Origin: Candidatus Peregrinibacteria bacterium
GTDB taxonomy: Bacteria > Patescibacteriota > Gracilibacteria > UBA1369 > UBA12463
Direction: 5' to 3'
DNA: 27,409 nt
Assembly (NCBI GenBank): GCA_023245695.1
Contig: JAHFJT010000002.1
Span: 1 to 27,409, forward strand
Shown in pieces: positions 24,298-27,409 of the stretch. A model generated the notes under the pieces. That model was not told the origin of the DNA. It saw only the letters and a list, made by a program, of their open reading frames with translations, and ran no database searches. The translations under genes were made by a program, and so were the position numbers. How positions within the stretch are numbered: position 1 is the stretch's first letter; the number at the start of each line of letters is the position of its first letter.

Positions 24298-26210
24298 AGA
24301 TTAGCATCGTTACTCCGGCGTACAATGAAGCGAAAAATCTCGATCGGTACTTCGAGGCGATAGCTCGAATCGAATATCCGAGAGAGCATTTTGAGGTTGT
24401 GATTGTGAATGATGGGTCGTCAGATGGAACGTTGGATATGATCAATGGCTGGATCGCAAAATTACCCCAAATAGCGATGCGAGTCGTGACTTTGACTCAG
24501 AATCGTGGGCGCGCGGTAGCGCGCGAGGAAGGGGCAAAAGCAGCGCGTTACGATAGTCTCTTTTTCCTTGATGTAAAGTGCGAGGTTCATGATGATACTC
24601 TGAAGGCACTCAGCGATATCGATTATCCCGTCGTGAATTGTCATATTGTTCACTCCACGGATACCTGGTTTGAACGGTTTTTTTGGCTTGTGAGAAGGAA
24701 GATTTACAGACATGCAGCGAATGATACCTACATTACGAAGGAGAATTTTGATCATATGGCGAAGGGCGGCACGTTTTTTTGTCAGAAAGAGATTTTTCTC
24801 CGTTCTCAGATTGCCAACAAGGAAGATACACGCAATTCAGATGATACGAAGCTGCTCTGGAATATTGTTCAGACTACCCCGATCCTGAATACGGATCGTG
24901 TGAAAGTGACCTATCATCAGCGCGTTACATTTGTGGAGAATATGCTGCATCTTTTCCAACGTGGTCCAAAGTTTGTGGATTACTACTATGCTCCTGGAAG
25001 AAGATATTTTTTCTTGCTTAATGCGGTTTTGTGTCTCACCCTTACTATTTTGACAGTATTGATATTGCGACCTGAGTGGTTGCTACAGTGTTTTGCTGTA
25101 GTTGTTTTGAGTGATTTTTTAGTTGCTTGCTATTTGAGTGCGCGAGTAAGAGATATAGGCCTCACGATGCTTATGTTTCCACTATGTGGTGTGGCATTTT
25201 TTATTGGAGTCTTTCGAGGCCTTATAAAAAAACGCGTCGTCATGATGCTGGTCATGGTTTTGCTGGTCGGGGTGATGGTTGCGTATTTGTACATCAATCG
25301 TACGATCTTTACCCAGCTTTATCAGCTTCAGCCTATATATCTTCTTCCAATATTTTTTGGTTTTATCCTCCAGCTATATTTGAATGGATTGGTTTTTAAG
25401 ATTCTCATGGAGCCTTTTTCAATTCATTTGAGGGAGTATTTTTTGCTTTCTGCTGCATGTTCATTTGTTAATCTTATCTCACCTTTCAGTGCTGGCTCGG
25501 GCATGCGTGCGCTCTATATGCGTAAAAAATATCATCTCTCATACAGTGTTTTTTTTAGTGTGCTTCTCGGTAATTATGTTATTGGATTTTTGGTAAATTC
25601 ACTGTGCGCTTTGGGATTATTCTATTTTGTGTATGCTCTAACTGGTCTCGTAAATTGGCCAGTTACACTTTTTTTTCTGGCTATGCTCTGCGGCTCACTT
25701 GGTCTTATGGTTGTACCGAATCTTCACCGTTTTTTACCTATTTTTTCCGTGGGATATCTTGGGCGGCTTATTGAGGGTTGGACGATAATTCGTCGATTTC
25801 CGTCTGTGATTTTTAAAATTGCTGCCGTCGGTATTCTTCTTTTGCTTGTTTCTGCTGGAATCAACATGCTTACGTTTCGTGGTATTGGTATTGAAATTGA
25901 TCCGCTTCGAGCTCTTTACATGGCTGTTGTCAATACACTCCTGGTGTTTATTAATATTACTCCTAGTGGCATTGGGGTTTCGGAGGGTCTTTTTGTCCTT
26001 TCGGGGCAACTCATTCATGTGTCGCCCGGAGTAAGTTTGATTGTGGCACTTATTCAGAGGGCCGTTAATACCCTGGTGCTTGTCTCTTTCGGCTCTTTTG
26101 CGAGCTATAGGCTCTCGATAAATAGTAAACATGTCAATGATATTATTGCTTATCCTCCTGCGGAAACTTTAGGCGATCAGTCCCATGGTGTTGTTGAAAA
26201 TTTGAAATAA
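24294..26210 (+). CDS. Fusion of a GT2 domain and a lysylphosphatidylglycerol-synthase-TM (UPF0104/flippase-like) domain
   Basis: N-terminal SIVTPAYNE, VNDGSSDGT, NRGR..ARE.GA..A.YD; C-terminal ~9 TMs with SPFSAGSGMRALY and ITPSGIGVSEG motifs; one continuous frame. Confidence 0.8.
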   Translation: MKISIVTPAYNEAKNLDRYFEAIARIEYPREHFEVVIVNDGSSDGTLDMINGWIAKLPQIAMRVVTLTQNRGRAVAREEGAKAARYDSLFFLDVKCEVHDDTLKALSDIDYPVVNCHIVHSTDTWFERFFWLVRRKIYRHAANDTYITKENFDHMAKGGTFFCQKEIFLRSQIANKEDTRNSDDTKLLWNIVQTTPILNTDRVKVTYHQRVTFVENMLHLFQRGPKFVDYYYAPGRRYFFLLNAVLCLTLTILTVLILRPEWLLQCFAVVVLSDFLVACYLSARVRDIGLTMLMFPLCGVAFFIGVFRGLIKKRVVMMLVMVLLVGVMVAYLYINRTIFTQLYQLQPIYLLPIFFGFILQLYLNGLVFKILMEPFSIHLREYFLLSAACSFVNLISPFSAGSGMRALYMRKKYHLSYSVFFSVLLGNYVIGFLVNSLCALGLFYFVYALTGLVNWPVTLFFLAMLCGSLGLMVVPNLHRFLPIFSVGYLGRLIEGWTIIRRFPSVIFKIAAVGILLLLVSAGINMLTFRGIGIEIDPLRALYMAVVNTLLVFINITPSGIGVSEGLFVLSGQLIHVSPGVSLIVALIQRAVNTLVLVSFGSFASYRLSINSKHVNDIIAYPPAETLGDQSHGVVENLK

Positions 26211-26254
26211 TGGTAAAATATCACGAATTCGTACCTACTCCTCACCCCTTCATT

Positions 26255-27409
26255 ATGTCTTCAGAGCCAGCTGTGCGACCCCCTCGATCAACTTTTTGGA
26301 ATCTCGTTGCCCTGTCCGAGATTGTTTTTGTGGTGAAAGCTCTCATCAGTCTTACTCGAAAAATACCTTCAGTTTTGCCGGATGAGGTATGTGTTATCCA
26401 GCGAGCACTGCACTTCAGTCAGACGCTTAGAATCGATACGTGTGAGGCTATTAGTGGGCTCCCTGGAGGTGATCCGCTGCCTTTCTACTCTATTGTTGTT
26501 TCACCGGTGTATCGTTTTTTTCATGGCTTAACGGCATTTCATGTTGCATTGATTGTGAATGCATTTCTCGTGGCTACCCTTGTCTTCCCGCTCTACGGTA
26601 TTCTTAAGCGTTTTGTGGCGAGTGCAAAAGCACTATATCTGAGTATTATTGTTATACTTTTCAGTGCTCAGATCGTGATATTTGATTCGACCATGATGAC
26701 CGAGACCATCTTTATCGTGCTGAATGTTTGGTTTACGTATTTTTACTTGAAGTCATTTGAGGAGCATCGCTGGAGCAATAAGCTGATTGCGGTACTCATT
26801 GCAATAGGAGCTGCATTGGCCCGCCCCTTTGGCTTCATCGTTCTTATATCGATGATGGTTAATGAAGCTATCCAAATGAAGGGCAAGGAGCGAAAAATTC
26901 TTTTACCGGCACTTGGGCTTGTGGCAGTTATATTCACGGCTGTTACCCTCATATTTTTTAATCCCAATATGCTGGCCAAGTTGTGGAGCTACACCGCTTT
27001 CCTTACTCATATCGATGGATGGAAAAATATTGCCCTCGCACTTGTTGAGCAGGTTAATAGCTTCTCGCTTGCAACCTTTTTGATTCCATTGATTGTCTTT
27101 TTTGCCTATATTGGCGAGAGAGATTCGAAACCACTCAATGCGATTCGCTGGTATTTGATCGCATATATTACGCTTAATTTTCTTATCAGTGCGCAGCATA
27201 TCTATGGGTATCTCGTTGCTGAAACTGATCCTGGCCTCTTGACTCGCTATATTAATTCCGCACTTATTTATATCTATATTTTTTCTTTTGCCTTTTTCTT
27301 GCGATATGATCGGTTTGAGTTTACTAAAAAAACTACCTTTATTTCAGCTCTTTTTATTATTCTTCTGCTGTTTTTGCCGACTGGATTCAAGCACAGCTTA
27401 AGTCCGGAT
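26255..27409 (+). CDS. GT-C-fold (PMT/ArnT-like) membrane glycosyltransferase; runs off the window
   Basis: Not in the ORF track (no stop). Manual translation MSSEPAV...VLPDEVC...PLPFYS...MMTETIF...LARPFG...TRYI: DE after TM1, P.Y, MTE, RP and RY motifs, many TMs; extended -10 TGGTAAAAT at 26211-26219. Confidence 0.75.
   Translation, partial: MSSEPAVRPPRSTFWNLVALSEIVFVVKALISLTRKIPSVLPDEVCVIQRALHFSQTLRIDTCEAISGLPGGDPLPFYSIVVSPVYRFFHGLTAFHVALIVNAFLVATLVFPLYGILKRFVASAKALYLSIIVILFSAQIVIFDSTMMTETIFIVLNVWFTYFYLKSFEEHRWSNKLIAVLIAIGAALARPFGFIVLISMMVNEAIQMKGKERKILLPALGLVAVIFTAVTLIFFNPNMLAKLWSYTAFLTHIDGWKNIALALVEQVNSFSLATFLIPLIVFFAYIGERDSKPLNAIRWYLIAYITLNFLISAQHIYGYLVAETDPGLLTRYINSALIYIYIFSFAFFLRYDRFEFTKKTTFISALFIILLLFLPTGFKHSLSPD

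Noticed and set aside
1-27409. Genetic code 25 (UGA = Gly) as in Gracilibacteria/Absconditabacteria
   Set aside because: TGA ends the TrmB-2 gene at the family's normal C-terminus and forms an ATGA stop/start overlap at wecB; the conserved genes read through without in-frame TGA.
1-27409. CRISPR array, IS element or prophage
   Set aside because: No regularly spaced repeats, transposase, integrase or phage structural genes seen.

Overview
A 27.4-kb bacterial chromosomal window, most likely from a Patescibacteria/CPR lineage (Peregrinibacteria/Gracilibacteria-like). That assignment is inferred from gene content and the lack of Shine-Dalgarno sites. The code is standard table 11: TGA stops overlap downstream ATGs, as at wecB. 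Left part: NMN adenylyltransferase, nadE, smpB and an orphan VirD4/TrwB-like ATPase. Next come two divergent modules, each pairing a ~560-aa Cys-rich zinc-ribbon protein with a TrmB-like regulator. Between them lies a 72-nt non-canonical tRNA gene not shown in the ORF track (6919-6990). It has a CGA anticodon, an alanine-type acceptor stem (G3:U70, A73) and a compact fold like tRNA-Pyl or mitochondrial tRNA-Ser(UCN); a canonical long-arm tRNA-Ser(CGA) lies 6 kb away. Middle: CadD-like transporter, exported protein, DUF2238 protein, tRNA-Ser, higBA and typA. Right: three secreted WxL/pilin-like proteins, then a surface-glycan locus (nucleotide-sugar dehydrogenase, GT2s, WecB, GT2-flippase fusion, GT-C-type membrane proteins). 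All family calls are motif recognition by eye; no searches were run.
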